From the NCBI GenBank assembly GCA_964023285.1, contig CAXIEN010000102.1, positions 2,999,528 to 3,063,527 on the forward strand: a stretch of 64,000 bases of DNA, written 5' to 3'. Within the stretch, counting starts at the first letter, position 1. Each line of letters begins with the position of its first letter. The translations under genes and the position numbers were made by a program. A model generated the notes under the pieces. The model saw only the letters and a program-made list of their open reading frames with translations, ran no database searches and was not told where the DNA came from. The stretch comes from Larinioides sclopetarius. Its lineage: Eukaryota. Positions 13,701 through 27,597 of the stretch are shown one piece after another.

Positions 13701-16700
13701 TTTTTTTTTCTATCATCTAACCTCTGAATCATTTTGTATTATATCACAGATGAAACTAATAATGTTAATTGCAAACATTCCCCTTGTACAAGACAAGTGT
13801 TTTGTTATATTACATTAAGGACTAAATGAACAATAAAAATATTTAAAAATGAAGATATGTGCAATGTATACATGTCTATAGTTAAAATATTGCCTTATAG
13901 ATTCCTAAGTGAGATATTTATTAATTAGAAATTATATTTATTTAATTGCAGCCTATCTCTCTTGTTGCATGTTTTAACTTAAAAAAAATTGTTAGAAAGT
14001 GCACATTTCAAAGCCTAAATGTCACAAAGCTCAGTGTTCAACTTTTACAGTTTTGTTACAAGATTTTTTTTAAAAACTTTGTTTGTGATTGTTGTTTTTT
14101 AGTATGCTGATGCATTCAAGACTGTCTTTTATAATAAATATGCACTCAACTTACATTCAAAATATCAAATAAAATGACTTATTCAGTACACATGTGTGTT
14201 TCAGTTTTTTAAACATCTCTTTAATATTTATTGAGTTCTGGAGTTCTAATTCTCAAATAACTCCAAACTTTCAACTTGTGTTCCAGATATATCTGGAATT
14301 TTGTTTTCTTAAATCGTGAATTTTCCTGCATTATTTTAGAAATTCAATATGATTCTCAGAATTTAAAATTTATTACTAGAGTATTTTTGAAATAAAAATT
14401 ATTAAATTTGCAGACTCTATCAAGTTTAGCAAAGTAATCAATCTTTTCTGAGTAAATGAGTGGAAATCCAGTATTTTATTTAATTCACATTAGCATATGT
14501 GTATAATATTACAGATTTAGAATTATCGAAAAATATTTGAGATTTTTACACCAGGCTAGAATTCAGAACTTTTTATATGTGGATACACAATCACCCTTGT
14601 TATTTTCTGCTAATACGGGTAGTTGTTCTGCAAAAAATATGACATTACTGTCTTACTTTTTTAACCAAAATCATCACTACATAGGCAAATGTATTGAGAT
14701 TGATACTTAAGACTGCCGTGCACACGCCACCTACATTTTCAAAACGTAATTTTATCCTATGGAGATTACTAATAAGGATTTTTCTCGCTTGGTATTGCAT
14801 TTTTTAGGATGCAATCAAGTGCATTTGATAGAAGAAACTAAAGTCCAGGTTTCTACCTAAGGAGGTTTTTTACCGATCACTCAAAGTATTTTTAATTACG
14901 TTTCAAAAGTCAAAATTTTCAAATTTTGACATTTAAACAATTTTATAAAAATTTTAAGCGTACCTAAAGTTAAAGTTATTAGATAGAAACCACCGTTTTG
15001 TTATCCTCTTTCCAATGCATATTTTTAAATTTTTCAAAAAATATATTAAAGTTGTGTTTTTACTCAATTTGTAGAAAAAGTGTTGCAATTTTCCCCCATT
15101 TCATGAAAGCTCCGCCCTTTGGCGGAGTGATACCAACTTTTTAGTGTGATTGATTACTTTTCTCCGATCTTCCCCTGTTTGAAGGAGGGTGGAGAATCCT
15201 CCCCCTCTTATCGCCGAATTAGTCTGTGAGAAAACTTCTAACTTCTTTTATTTCTTGACTGTGGGATTCGCAAAATTGGTCGCTTCGGACAGCGACGTGG
15301 AAGAATGAAGGAATTGCAAATGAATGAAGGAATTGTAATGGATAATGTCTAAACCATAAATTAGTCAGCCATTTAAAAAAGTTATGTAAAATGAAAATAG
15401 ATTAAATTGAAAAGGAATTATATTTTTGTATTTTATATGCTATTTTTGTTTGATCGTAACATTAGAAAGAAAGGAAAAACATTTCATTTTTTTAAAATTT
15501 TTAATAATGTAGAAAAGTTACTTTTTGAATAAAAAAAATAAATATATAATTGATAGGAAGGCAGATGATGTCTAGGTGCTGCGAGTGGATTGATTTTCAT
15601 AAATAAAAAAAATTGCTATATTTCAACCTTTTTTTAAATTTCTGATTTGTAATATAATCATTTTTATAAACAAAAAAAAACTTTATACGGTGAAGGGGTA
15701 AAAATGTACAGTTAATCAAAAAATATTAATTATTAGCTGAATGTGTTGAATTTAAATCCAGAATTATTGCTCCATGATGCATTTAACTACAGAAAAAAAT
15801 CACGTGACCTAATTATCACCTGAATAGTAGCTTTTGAAAATTATAAATGGCGACAAAATTTACTGACAACTAAAAATATTAGGAAGTATAAAAGGGATGG
15901 ACAACAAATACAAAAATATGGTAGAAAAATTATCTTGCATTTTCGTATTCGTTTGCCTATTTATAATTCTTTGTTTAAAGCAACCAAAAATAAATCAGAT
16001 TTAATTTCCCCCTCTTGCCCGAGGGAAAGACTTTCTCCGAACCACCGCCATGGAACACAATTATTATACTAAATTATATTTTGTGTTAGCCAAAGCTGAT
16101 AAGGAATAAAATAAATCTTATGGTTTATGATTCTAGAATTTATTAGATCTTGAACTTTTTCGCATCATGCAGCACAATAGAAACTCTATTAACCGAATTA
16201 GTCGGGACCGGACCTCCGTCGGTAAATTAAAAATTCAGGATAAAAGACAGCACTTGAAAAGAGACTAAAAATTTTGACACAGGAAATTTTTTGCAATTGG
16301 ATATTTACAAATTTTGAAATTGGATATTAAAGATGTATATATTAAACACAAAGTAAATAAATATGTAATGTTTTTAATTTTATTACTATAATTATGAAGT
16401 AGTCAGGTGGTCCGAAAAACGAATGAAATCTCCAGAAAAGGATGACAGTATAATGGAATATCCGACAGAAAAAGGATGTGAGGAAAATATGAAAGATATA
16501 GACACTACCTGCAGTAGAAATAGGTGCCCCAAAATATGACTTTTACATGATATTGTTTATGAAAAAAAATTACGGAAACAGACGTTGGTAAAACGAAGTT
16601 CCGTTTAAAAGACTTTCTGATAATCCTGATTCTACTGTAATCATATATATATATATATATGCACCCGAAAGGATATAAGATTTTTATCAGACTGTTGGAT

Positions 16701-17232
16701 AGATGTTAAGGAAATACTAATCAAGAGTAATGACGTGGTACACTAGAAGATCGTAATCACAAAACAAAACGTTAGAAATATTGCAAAAGAAAAGGAGCAG
16801 CAACAAAAAAAAAAAAAACGCGCAAAGGAAAAAAAATTCAATCAAATATATATCCAAATCGATAGTACAGCTATAGAGCAAACAAATAAGTTAATTTAAT
16901 TTTCTTATATTTTCCGAAACCGTCATTAAAAATATTAAAAATACTTAAAATTTCAAACCCTAGTACTCAAATGGGTAATCTCAAGTAAAAATAAAGATTA
17001 AAAACTGGACGAACAAAAACAGAAGCAACTTTATGCAATTTTTTTTTTCTCCTTTCCAAATGAGTAAAATACAAGTACGAGACCCGCACAATACGTCAGT
17101 AAAAAGGAGAAAATAAAAAAAAAATGTAATCATTAAATATCTCACAAAACAACATTTAAATCAGACTCTGATCCTTCACTAGTTCAGAAAATAGTAAATC
17201 CACAAAACTCCACTTTAGTCTAACAAAAATAA

Positions 17233-17745
17233 CTAGAATGATGTGGCCATCATAAAACTTTCTTCTATATAATTATATGATTGAAACCGAGATATACTAA
17301 AAACAAATATTGAAAAATTTATGAAAAAATTGAAATAGCAGCGCCACTTGTCAAGCAATCTGCACAAAAATTTTATCAACATTAATTTAAGTCAAGACAA
17401 AACTAAAAATGAAATTTCTCCCATTAGTTTTTTTATGTAGATTGGATACAAAAAGTCATAAAAAAAATGAATAGCAGCGCCACCTATTGAGCTATCTACG
17501 CTAAAAATCTAATCAGCACCAATTTATATTAAAATGCAACTAAATATGAAATTCATAAAATTCTGTCGAGTAGTTTTTGAGCTAGCGCGCCCACAGCACA
17601 CAGACAGACATTTTCTTAAAATAGTGAAATTGTGTTCAGGACCCCCCCCCCAAAAAAAAACGTGTAAATCCATCAAAAAACGGAGGTCGAAAATTTTCGC
17701 GATTCCAATACTTTCTTCTTATAGAAGAAAGTAAAAATTCAAGAA
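17233..17745 (+). repeat. Copy A1 of a non-autonomous interspersed repeat family (SINE/MITE-like), with two internal about 140-bp AATAGCAGCGCCAC.. subrepeats, a CACAGACAGACAT microsatellite core and a 3' hairpin
   Basis: It shares collinear blocks with 27598-28506, 61540-61994 and 63470-63905. The blocks are ctagaatgatgtggccatcat.., aatagcagcgccac.., cacagacagacatTTTC..AAAAT.GTGAAATTGTGTTCAG.., and aaacgtgtaaatccatcaaaa..gtcgaaaattttcg..tactttctt..gaagaaagtaaaa. Confidence 0.6.
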
Positions 17746-17829
17746 TAAACTAATCGAAGTTTAAAAATAAAGAAAAAGGTAAGCAAAAACTACCTATATT
17801 TTACGAATTATTTTAATATGTATAAGCAA

Positions 17830-18040
17830 GTAAAAATAGGGGAAGATGCTGTACCTCCGCCCCTTTTTTTTCACTTGAAAGAAAAAGTGATAAAAAGAGT
17901 TTAAATAGAGAAAGTGTTTTTTTTTCATTTTAATCTTTAATAGTAAAAGAGTTATGGCGGAAGATGCAGGATTGAAAAATGAAAATCGCTTTTCAGCTCA
18001 TAACTTCTAAGTAATTGTAGCTATAAAAAACTCAATTAAA
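17830..18040. repeat. Dispersed repeat copy (about 200 bp), paralogous to 19690-19890
   Basis: Shared blocks are ..ttcacttgaaagaaaaagtgataaaaagagt..gagttatggcggaagatgcaggattgaaaaatgaaaatcgcttttcagctcataacttctaag.. here, and ..ccctttaaagaaaaaagcgataaaaaagtcc..gagttatgacgaaagatgcaagattggaaaatgaaaatcgcttttcaactcataacttttaag.. in the other copy. Confidence 0.6.
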
Positions 18041-19689
18041 TCTAAAATTTGTTCATTATGGTATAATTCGCATTTTCTATCTTCAACCTTAAGGCAAACT
18101 GTATTTAAAATGTGAACAGATATTTAAAAAAGATAAATGCCAGATGAAGTCATTAATACAAAAAAAATTTCCCTTCTGGAAGATAGACAAGAATGGGAAA
18201 AAAAATTAAAACTAAATCACTGGTATTACTTTCAAATGCAAGAACAGTTACATATAACGCTAAAAAATTGTCTTTTTTCATTGTTGACAGAAGGGTGTTT
18301 TGAAATGCTTACTTCCAGAACTTGTAGATCCCAGATTCCCGAAATTAATGAAAATAAGAAATCCCCCTGGAATTGTAGAGGCCGAAAAGAAATGAAGGCT
18401 AAAAAAGCGAATCTTGATAAAAAAAATTTCTTCTCTTTAAATTTTATACCTTTCTATCTAGATGAATTCATTCATTTACCTTTCCCATTTGTATTTTAAG
18501 ATATAACAATTATAAATTTTTTTACAGTTTCATTATTTTTATCCTAAAATTTTAGCATCTCACGAATCGATATTGATATTTGTCAAAGTGTAACTAAATA
18601 TTTTTGCAATTCAGGAGTTTATAATTAATATTTGTAGATACTTTATAAATTACTTTTTCCCATGTAAATACGTTTATGCAACTGATTCCTGCATCTTAGC
18701 CCTTTCATCTCAGAAATAAATTTTAATATTTATCCGGAAATATATATTTAGGAACTTTAACATTTCACAAATTGATACCGATGTTTATCTTTGTCATTAT
18801 ATAACTAGTTTAGATTTAGGATTTCTTATATAATATTATTATATTAATACGCTTATGTCCTATATGATATACTAATTACTTTTATATATCAAAGATAATA
18901 TATGCAGATACTTCAATTGCTCAAGAAGTTTTTAAAATATATTTGCTTGTGTTACAATTCAATTCTTTTACTTACCGTTGTACCTGCATCTCAGCTCACT
19001 TTTAAATCGCATAGTTCTCAGGTTTTAATATAAAAATCCTTAAAAGCTTACTCTCTCAATTCAAACTTATAAGACCTAATTAATTACCACATGAACTGTT
19101 TCGAATAAACAACATTTTTGGTTTCACCGTTTGGAATATTTATGTAAAGATTGCTTAGAATTCTAATTCCAGAGCATGTCACGAGAGAAGCAAACTTGAT
19201 AAGGGCAAATTTGTTTAGCATCCATCCTAAATGATAAATTTTCAATATGTTGAACATTCCATGTATGAATAATATACGGTTCAAACAAACAGATATTGAC
19301 TTTTATTTATAAAGATTATGTGAAGAGTTAATTGATGTGCTCGAATTGTGTATTAATTGATGATTGTGATATTTTATCCACTTAATTTTTTGATTTTCGA
19401 AGTCAATTTCGAGAAAATTACTGAGTTGCAGAATTTGTAGTTTGTGTTGTATTGTCTTAAGACCCTACAACAAATATAAGAAAATTAAGAAAAATTTGTG
19501 ACCAATGTACCTGGTATTCTTATGCGTAGTAAAGTTAGGCAAAAAAATGCATGAATTGAAGACGCGAGTAAAGTAGTTCTACGTCTTTAATATCAGCGAT
19601 TGTTTGAAAAAGACAGCTTACTGTCTTTTTTTTTAAATTTTAAACCCCGTTCTGTCGTATTCGAAAAGATATAAGGCCTTTAGCAGACT

Positions 19690-19890
19690 TCTATATCTTC
19701 GTTCTTTTTTCCCCTTTAAAGAAAAAAGCGATAAAAAAGTCCAAAACAGAAAAAGTGATTTTTTTTTCTATCTTTAATTGTACAGAGTTATGACGAAAGA
19801 TGCAAGATTGGAAAATGAAAATCGCTTTTCAACTCATAACTTTTAAGCAATTCTATCTATCAAAAAATTCAATATAAAATTTGTAGAAAT
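19690..19890. repeat. Dispersed repeat copy, paralogous to 17830-18040
   Basis: See the previous entry. Confidence 0.6.
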
Positions 19891-22800
19891 ACTTTGAAGA
19901 GAGGGAATGTGCTCCTTGGGGCCCTTTTTTGAAACTTCAATTAGAATGTTAATTAAAAATTAAACAAAGTTTTGACGTCTTCCCTTAAAAACGTTTGAAC
20001 AGATTACAGCACAACAAATATTTTTACACCATCTAAAAGAGCAAAAAATTAACTTTTCATAGATTATCGTATATACATATATATATATTACTTTTCATAG
20101 CCTTTAGAAATATTTTCAAACATTTTAAGCGCAATCTTTATTCGCACGTTTTCTTGCACTCCCATCTCACTAGATGAAATTTATTTAATTAGGCATCTTG
20201 TATAAGAATTATTAAATTTTTCTTACATAACATGATCAATGTTTCCTTCTTTTGTGAAAATAGATTCGATTTTATGCTTATTTTAATTATTGCGTGAAAT
20301 GTTTATAAAAATAGTTACTTCTGAAAATGGCAACTAATAAATTATTTTATGTTGTTCCTTAAATATTTAATTTGATTTAGCATATAACCATTTGAGTGCC
20401 TATGGTTATTAATATTCGAGTAATGAGAAGTTGATTTCTTTGCTACTAATTGAAAATCGATATTTATTTTCTTTTAGACTCAACATTACACATAGACTCT
20501 TAATAATGAAATATTTTTAACCACCCAGCTTTATAATTGAAAAGCGATTTTGATTTTGAATGATTGAATGCATTGTCTGTATTAGTACATTATGAATGAG
20601 TCAATGTATTCTCGGCGAACCAGCTAGTTGCCGAATGCGCGGCTGGTTTCTCAATAAAAGAATATTATTTTTTAAATTAAAAGCAGAATTTAGTTCTTTT
20701 CTATTATGGACATGTTTTTTTTTGTGAATATGTGTGCTATCGAACTTCAACAGAAAATTTATTGTTACATACTTTAAAGGAAGAAATTTTTCTGCATAAG
20801 TAAATAACAAATTTAGACTAAATGAAAAAATGGATCAAATAGTAGAGATTTAGATTTTAGATAACACGAAGAAAAAAATTAAAGCGATATATATAAATTA
20901 TATAATTTGGTATTAAAAGGAAATTCACACTTCTTATATATAAGTTGTACAATTGAATTTTCTTTTTATTCCCATTGATTTACCTGCAAATGTAATTTTG
21001 TAAACTTGCCAATGGAATACTGATCGTACTGAATATTTAATGAGATGAAATTTATTATTCAAATGTTCTCATAGTCCCAAAAATATAAAATTTATTTAGA
21101 AATAGTTTATTTCAATTGTACCGAAATTGTGATTATGTGAATGTTCTGAGAAATAAATTGACAATGAAGAATATTACACTATAACTCATTATTGTTATTC
21201 TCAGATTATTGAAAATAAAAAAAAAACTATTATATTTTTAAGGTGCAATTTTTTTAACCATCTTCTTAGTTATTTTTGTCTATTGAATCCAAAAGTACCC
21301 GCAAACTTAAACTGTGTTTATATCAAGAATAAATTGGCTATAAAATGAAGTAAAAATAACGTTATTCTAGCTAGTCGCATTCCAAATTGCATTTAATGGA
21401 TTTCTGAAGAATTTATTTTTGTTCTAGGATTTACAAACGAATTCATAAAGAAATAAATTTTGTAATTTGATTACATATATATATAATTTTATCTTGTCAT
21501 TTGATTTTAAAATGCTACTATTTGGTTATTTGATTTATAAATTAGCGCGATTGCAAGGGTAATATTCAATCATACATATATCAAATAACTAAATGCAATA
21601 AATTATTATGTTTGCGGTAAGAAATTTCTTCTAAACCCTTGCAAGTCAACTTTATACTAAGACCCGATTTTGTTCGGGATGGTTCTGTAGATATCACTTC
21701 CAATTTATTAAAAAACTTAATTATTTATTGGATTAATTGGAAATTATGAATAGTACTTAATAATTGATTAGAAATAAATCCGATAGTTGGTAAAAGTCCA
21801 AAACTAGTGTAAAAATAATTCTTCTAACGCAGATATAACTATCACTATGACCAAATACAAATACGAGATATTTTAAGAGAGGGAATCGTGAAACAAATAG
21901 TAAACAACCATCCTCCATCCCTTCTTGGCTAGTATCAAATTTCCTCACAGTAGTAAAAGAACACAACCGGAAGGACAACCCCTCAAAATATAGTGCGTAG
22001 TCAGCGAAATTCCCATTACGGGTGTGATGAGGTTGTCAATCATGGAACTTCAGATACGCCTATTCCCCCCCCCCCCCAAAGACAGGCGGCGCTTTCGTCG
22101 ATTCGGAAAACCAGGTTGAGTAGAGGGGCCTCTTAAACTAACAACTGTAAGAAATGCAAAATATAATAAATGGCAAAGATTTTGTTTTTCTTTTTTGAGA
22201 CTCCTGACTAACTTGGAAATTTTTTTGACTGCTTGATGCCAACAATTATAACATAAAATATAATCAAACATCGCAAATCTGGACCTTTTTTCATTTGGTT
22301 ACCCCATCTCCCTGGAAAAGAAAAAAAACTTTTATCTAACAAATCAGAGTGAGTGAAAATCGATAGCAACTATCTGGGGAAGGGAAAGATTTAACCGCTT
22401 GGGTACAACAATGTGGACAAAAGGAGGAAAGAGGAGGTGAACGAATTGCAAAGTTAGAATATCTTACTGTCTCTAGAACTCAAAACAGATTAGTCCAGAA
22501 TGTAAGCAATATTAACAAATAAGATACACAATCAACTTCTCTCCTCTTCTGGCTCAGTGATTGAAAAAAAAAGAGAACTAAACAAGGAAAAGATCATGCT
22601 ATTATTCTAATTTTGATTATAGATCAAAACCTTCTTTCTAGAATAAACTTTGTAAATGACGGCATTAATGCTTTGATATCCTGAATTTCCTCACTAGAAC
22701 AAAAACACGGGGCAATCAGGTTAGCTTTGAATTACGTGGGGAAAAAAATCTTATGTGAACTTTGCATTTTAGATATTTGACACAAATCTATTCTAGTCAA

Positions 22801-24115
22801 AGATATTCTTTTCCTTACTAACACTTTGCAAGAAATCCTATTGGTACCAAATTAATTAACTCTATTGCCTTCTTTGGTAATCTTGTCACCACATTAAATA
22901 CCATAAATTCCATTGCGACTGAACAAAAAAAAAACAGTCACACATATCTGTTTTTAAGAAAAGTTGCATTATTTCAATAACTCACAAATTTCTGAAAGCC
23001 TACAATGCTTGGATCCATATTTTTTCATATACCCATCACTTTCTTTTTTACAAATATTACCAATAACTCTCTACTTTCTCTGCAAATCTGTCACTTTCTT
23101 TCTAACAAACGTAAATGGTCTTTGAATCCTTTTTTGTTTAAATTAAGACTTTCAAAAATAGTCGTTTTTTAATCTCCTTACAACAGCAAAAATTTGTGAA
23201 ATTTCAACTAAACATCACATAATAATTTAAGTAACATCATTGAATGTTTTCAAGAATGTTAAAGACCACAAAATAAAAACTAAAATAAGTGCATGCTATG
23301 AAATAACAGTGCTAGCTGGAAACCTGGCAGTGCTTGAGACCTATATTTTTCTATATATCAGTCGCGTGTTTTTTTCTTTATAAATATTTTCACTAACTTT
23401 CCCTGACACACACAATTCTTCTCTAAATCCTTTTCTGTTGTATTAAAATCTTAAAATATAGACTTTTTATCGCCTTATAGCATGCATAGTGTAAATGAAA
23501 ATGCTTCACTCTAGTAGGTTAATTAAAAAAAGTTAAGAAATTCAAAAGAATCATGGTGTAATATAAAACTAATGTCATTGGATGTTTGATTACATTTTAA
23601 GAGCTATAAAATAATAGTGGAAGTACCTTGACTATAGAAAACAATATTTCCTTGGTAATCATGTTTAAACATGACTGACAAAAGAAGAGTTAAAAATGCT
23701 TGCATAAAGGATTTGATGAAACAATCAATATATTAGATTTAATTTTATATCAATACCTAGATAAAAACTCAAACCTTCTTGGGATCCATATTTTTTCATA
23801 TACCTTTCCATGTTTTTCTATGAATATTATCACTTTCTCCAAGAAGATTAGAAAGAAAGATAATGCTGAGTAGATGAATAGCAAGAATCAAATTTTCAGC
23901 AAGATTAGAAGAATTTTAAAACAGAGATTATTACAGATGGCATTATTGCAGATATGGCTGAAAATAACAAGCCAGAGAGCAGAAATGATGAAAACTATAT
24001 TAACCAGAAGAAAACTGTACATTCTGAAGACCTAAGTTCGATTGAGAAACTATTGGTACACTGAGCAACAAGGAGACATCTACAATCTTGATGATATAAA
24101 CAAAATGATGTAACA

Positions 24116-24627
24116 TTGCAGAAATAAATGTATATCAGCCCATAAACAAAAAATATCAAGGACTTTTTTTAAAATGAATTATTTTAAAAAACAGAGATTA
24201 TTGTGATCGCTTAAAAATTCAAGGACAGTGGGAACCCTGCATTCAATATAAACCAATGAAGATGTTATAAAAGAATCTTTTAAAAATCATTATTAAAAAA
24301 TAGCAGTTATAGTAATGCCATTTGTTGCAACATAAAAATAGCGATTTCTATACTTTGGCAACTTGAGAATTTTCAGATTGAAAAAAACACATATACTAAA
24401 GTCATTTTCCGAAATAAATTTTTCTAAAATGTCATTACCAAAAATTTGGGATAAGCGAATTCTGGAAATTGTTCAGTTATTCTGACTGTTTTTACTAAGG
24501 GGATTATAGTGCATTTTATCTAAATAAAATGATAATAATTTATCATTTATAAAACCAAAACATTTCTCACTACAAGCATTTAAGTGCCAAGAATATGAAT
24601 TCTTAAAATTCATATATTATTTAATTG
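24116..24627. repeat. 512-bp segmental duplication, copy 1 (about 98% identical to 25439-25950)
   Basis: Direct comparison of the two stretches shows only a handful of mismatches. Each copy contains cagagattattg..tcgcttaaaaattcaaggacagtgggaaccctg, a motif with TIR-like similarity to 35690-36044 (cagggttcccactg..). Confidence 0.8.
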
Positions 24628-24832
24628 AATCAATAAAAAGAAAAACAGAAAAAGGTGTAAATAACTGTGATAGGCGGCTTCTTTGGGGGTACCATCCACC
24701 ACAGTCAAAACAAGAACCTTTTCTGCAGGCGAAGAAGTATAAACTAAAAACATCGCCTTGTACCCCGAAGGTTCTCAAACAGAAAAAGAAGTGTAAGTGG
24801 AAGTACCTTGGAAGTATTTCCAAGATATGGAA

Positions 24833-25008
24833 AAAATTAATTCAAAAGACAAGTAAAAATTAATTCAAAGTACAAGCAAAATTTATTCAAAAGACAAGTG
24901 AAAATACATTCAAAAGACAAGTGAAAAATACATTCAAAAGACAAGTCAAAATACATTCAAAAGACAAGTGAAAATACATTCAAAAGACAGGTAAAAAATA
25001 CAAATAAG
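24833..25008. repeat. Minisatellite, about 23-bp unit (attcaaaagacaagtgaaaatac) in about 7 copies
   Basis: Seen directly: ..ttcaaaagacaagtaaaaattaattcaaagtacaagcaaaatttattcaaaagacaagtgaaaatacattcaaaagacaagtgaaaaatacattcaaaagacaagtcaaaatacattcaaaagacaagtgaaaatacattcaaaagacaggtaaaaaatac.. Confidence 0.85.
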
Positions 25009-25438
25009 AAAAAACAGACCTATGAATGAAAAACAGCAAACTTTTTGAAACTATCCACCAACTGACAAACCAAGTTAAAAAAATACATTTAAGTAAAAGA
25101 AATAGAAGTAGGTGTTGCCAACCACTAAAAAAATGTTAAAACTTTACTGCTCTAGCGGGTTCACTCCCCGAATCTGAAAAAATAACCCTGTTAAAGGAAA
25201 ATGTTTTAATAATTTTTTATTTCGAAATTAATATTGTTTTAATAATTTTTTTATTTCGAAATTAATATTACAAAAATTAAAAGGAAAACAATTAATCTTT
25301 AAATTTTCAATAAAGTTATTGGATGCATCTTTAAAAGATTCGAAATTATTGCATATGTCAAAAATTCTATAAACCTGAGAAAAAACTAAATTCCTAAAAA
25401 TCTTTTTACTTAAATTAGAATCAAAATAAATGTATAAT

Positions 25439-25950
25439 TTGCAGAAATAAATGTATATCAGCCCATAAACAAAAAATATCAAGGACTTTTTTTTAAATGA
25501 ATTATTTTAAAAAACAGAGATTATTGGTGGTCGCTTAAAAATTCAAGGACAGTGGGAACCCTGCATTCAATATAAACCAATGAAGATGTTATAAAAGAAT
25601 CTTTTAAAAATCATTATTAAAAATAGCAGTTATAGTAATGCCATTTGTTGCAACATAAAAATAGCGATTTCTATACTTTGGCAACTTGAGAATTTTCAGA
25701 TTGAAAAAAACACATATACTAAAGTCATTTTCCGAAATAAATTTTTCTAAAATGTCATTACCAAAAATTTGGGATAAGTGAATTCTGGAAATTGTTCAGT
25801 TATTCTGGCTGTTTTTACTAAGGGGATTATAGTGCATTTTATCTAAATAAAATGATAATAATTTATCATTTATAAAACCAAAACATTTCTCACTACAAAC
25901 ATTTAAGTGCCAAGAATATGAATTCTTAAAATTCATATATTATTTAATTG
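25439..25950. repeat. 512-bp segmental duplication, copy 2
   Basis: See copy 1. The copies are direct repeats separated by about 810 bp that contain a minisatellite. No LTR-retrotransposon hallmarks are present (no TG..CA ends, PBS or TSD). Confidence 0.8.
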
Positions 25951-26797
25951 TTGTATATCAGTGGTTCCCAATCTGTTAGATTGTGTGGAGCACCAGCTGT
26001 ATGAAAATTTAGAGACCCAATAATTAAACTTACAATTAAATTGTATGGTTAATGTACTTCAAAAATAAAAATACTAGAATATAATTATATTCTAATTACA
26101 ATACAACCTTCTCAAAGGGGAAAAATATGCACAAGATTCCTTTTGTGCTAATAGTCTTAAGATAGTAGTAACAAATAAATTGTGCAATTGATCTTCAAAT
26201 TGATCTTTCTTGTTTTATGTACTGAATATTGGCACATCATACATAAATATAGTAATTCATGAGTCTAGTTTCCTTAAGTATGTAGCACATTTTAGTTAAA
26301 GGTGGAAAAAAAAGAAAAATGGAAAATTTCTCATTGATTTTAGTATTTATTGGTGGATATTTTCTTGTCTTCTGGTCTCTTTTCTTTATCAAAAAGGATA
26401 TAATATCTAAAATATTTACAGTTAACTTTAACATTGATGTTTGCAAGTAAGTTTTTTTTTAATAGCCCAGTTCTAAATATATATGGTTAAAATATATATG
26501 CTAATTATATTCAAAGAAATTTTCAGCCTCGGATAAAAATAAAGATAAACAATTAGGTAGATCAATAGTTAAAGACGGGAAAATGTAATATGTGGCAAAA
26601 TAACAAAGGCATGCACAATAATCATGAGGTTTTACATGGATTAGACAATTTTAGAAGTAGAATGTTCTACGTGCAGTGTTTTTATAGTGTTAAAAAATAG
26701 CAAACTCACAAACAAATTTTTTAATTAAAATGAAAAATATTTACATAATTTTTTTTAAATAATATGTTTAAAACAAGTAGATCTAACAATATAATTA

Positions 26798-27178
26798 TCA
26801 ACCAAGAGATGATAAATTATAACAATATACAAAATTATCTCGGCAACCAACAACCAAAAATCCATTCAATATAACTGGAGATGAAAATATTTCCCCACAA
26901 CACTTCAAAGTAAGTTTAATTTCGCCTGTGCTTTGACCTAGAATGTATATCATACCTGCAGCAGTTGCAACAGCAACATAATTATTTTGTTTCCATTGAA
27001 ATACAAATGGAGATGCATAAACTGGAGAGTCACTATCAAATTTCCATATACTTTTTCCATTAACATTAACACAGTATACAGCAGAGTCATGACAACCAAA
27101 TATAATATGGTTATTATCTGGAGGTAGAGCAGCAGTGGCAGATGAAAACACAGGGCCATTAGTACACAACTCAAATAC
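26798..27178 (-). CDS. AASDH: AASDH-like terminal coding exon (VFELCTNGPVFSSATAA..GKSIWKFDSDSPVYASP..GEIFSSPVILNGFLVVGCRDNFVYCYNLSSLG*), ending at the stop codon 26798-26800
   Basis: The acceptor is caattttcttag|G at 27179-27180. The exon has 126 codons carrying two further PQQ-like repeats. It is in frame with the upstream exon (..FNLSGTM|VFEL..). The stop codon is followed by AT-rich 3' flank. Confidence 0.75.
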   Translation of the reverse strand, partial: VFELCTNGPVFSSATAALPPDNNHIIFGCHDSAVYCVNVNGKSIWKFDSDSPVYASPFVFQWKQNNYVAVATAAGMIYILGQSTGEIKLTLKCCGEIFSSPVILNGFLVVGCRDNFVYCYNLSSLG

Positions 27179-27597
27179 CTAAGAAAATTGCACATTAGAA
27201 ACTTATCATTATGAAATATATATATATACTATTTGTAAACTTTTAACTTTGTTACAAACCTAAAAAATCATTTACGAATATAAAACAGCCTGAATAATGT
27301 GGAACATTATTTAAATTGAAAAATCATCTGTAATTATAGCTAAAGTTTGTAAAATTACAATAATAGTAAAATAAAATAAAGTAGGATGAATAGAAACACT
27401 TTTCAAAAAATAAAAAAAAACTGGAAATTGCAAAACAAAATATAAAAAAATTAAAATTAATGCAAAATTATTTTTTTTTGTTTACTTCTAACTTTAAATT
27501 AATAGTGAGTTTTATAGTTTGGTGTATTAAATTAAGCATCTCCCCTCCTCCCCAAGACCGGGGATTTCAGTGTGTTCATCACAAACCCCTCATGAAA

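Noticed and set aside
15080-16060. GC-rich hairpin-containing segments (for example catgaaagctccgccctttggcggagtgatacc; tttccccctcttgcccgagggaaagac) that might be TE termini or small RNA genes
   Set aside because: I could not match them to tRNA, snRNA or 5S hallmarks (no GGTTCGAATCC-type T-arm, no U6 or 5S signatures). Nor could I match them to the termini of the other elements in the window. They are left unannotated.
18137-18499. 120-codon plus-strand ORF in the repeat-rich intergenic region
   Set aside because: It is lysine/asparagine-rich and low-complexity, with no recognisable domain. It lies within AT-rich repeat-dense sequence adjacent to dispersed repeat copies and has no splice or promoter context. 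It is likely a spurious ORF.
24116-25950. Interpretation of the 512-bp direct repeats as LTRs of a miniature LTR retrotransposon (TRIM)
   Set aside because: The repeats do not start TG and end CA. There is no tRNA primer-binding site or polypurine tract next to the inner boundaries. The outer flanks show no 4-6-bp TSD. A segmental duplication is the simpler explanation.
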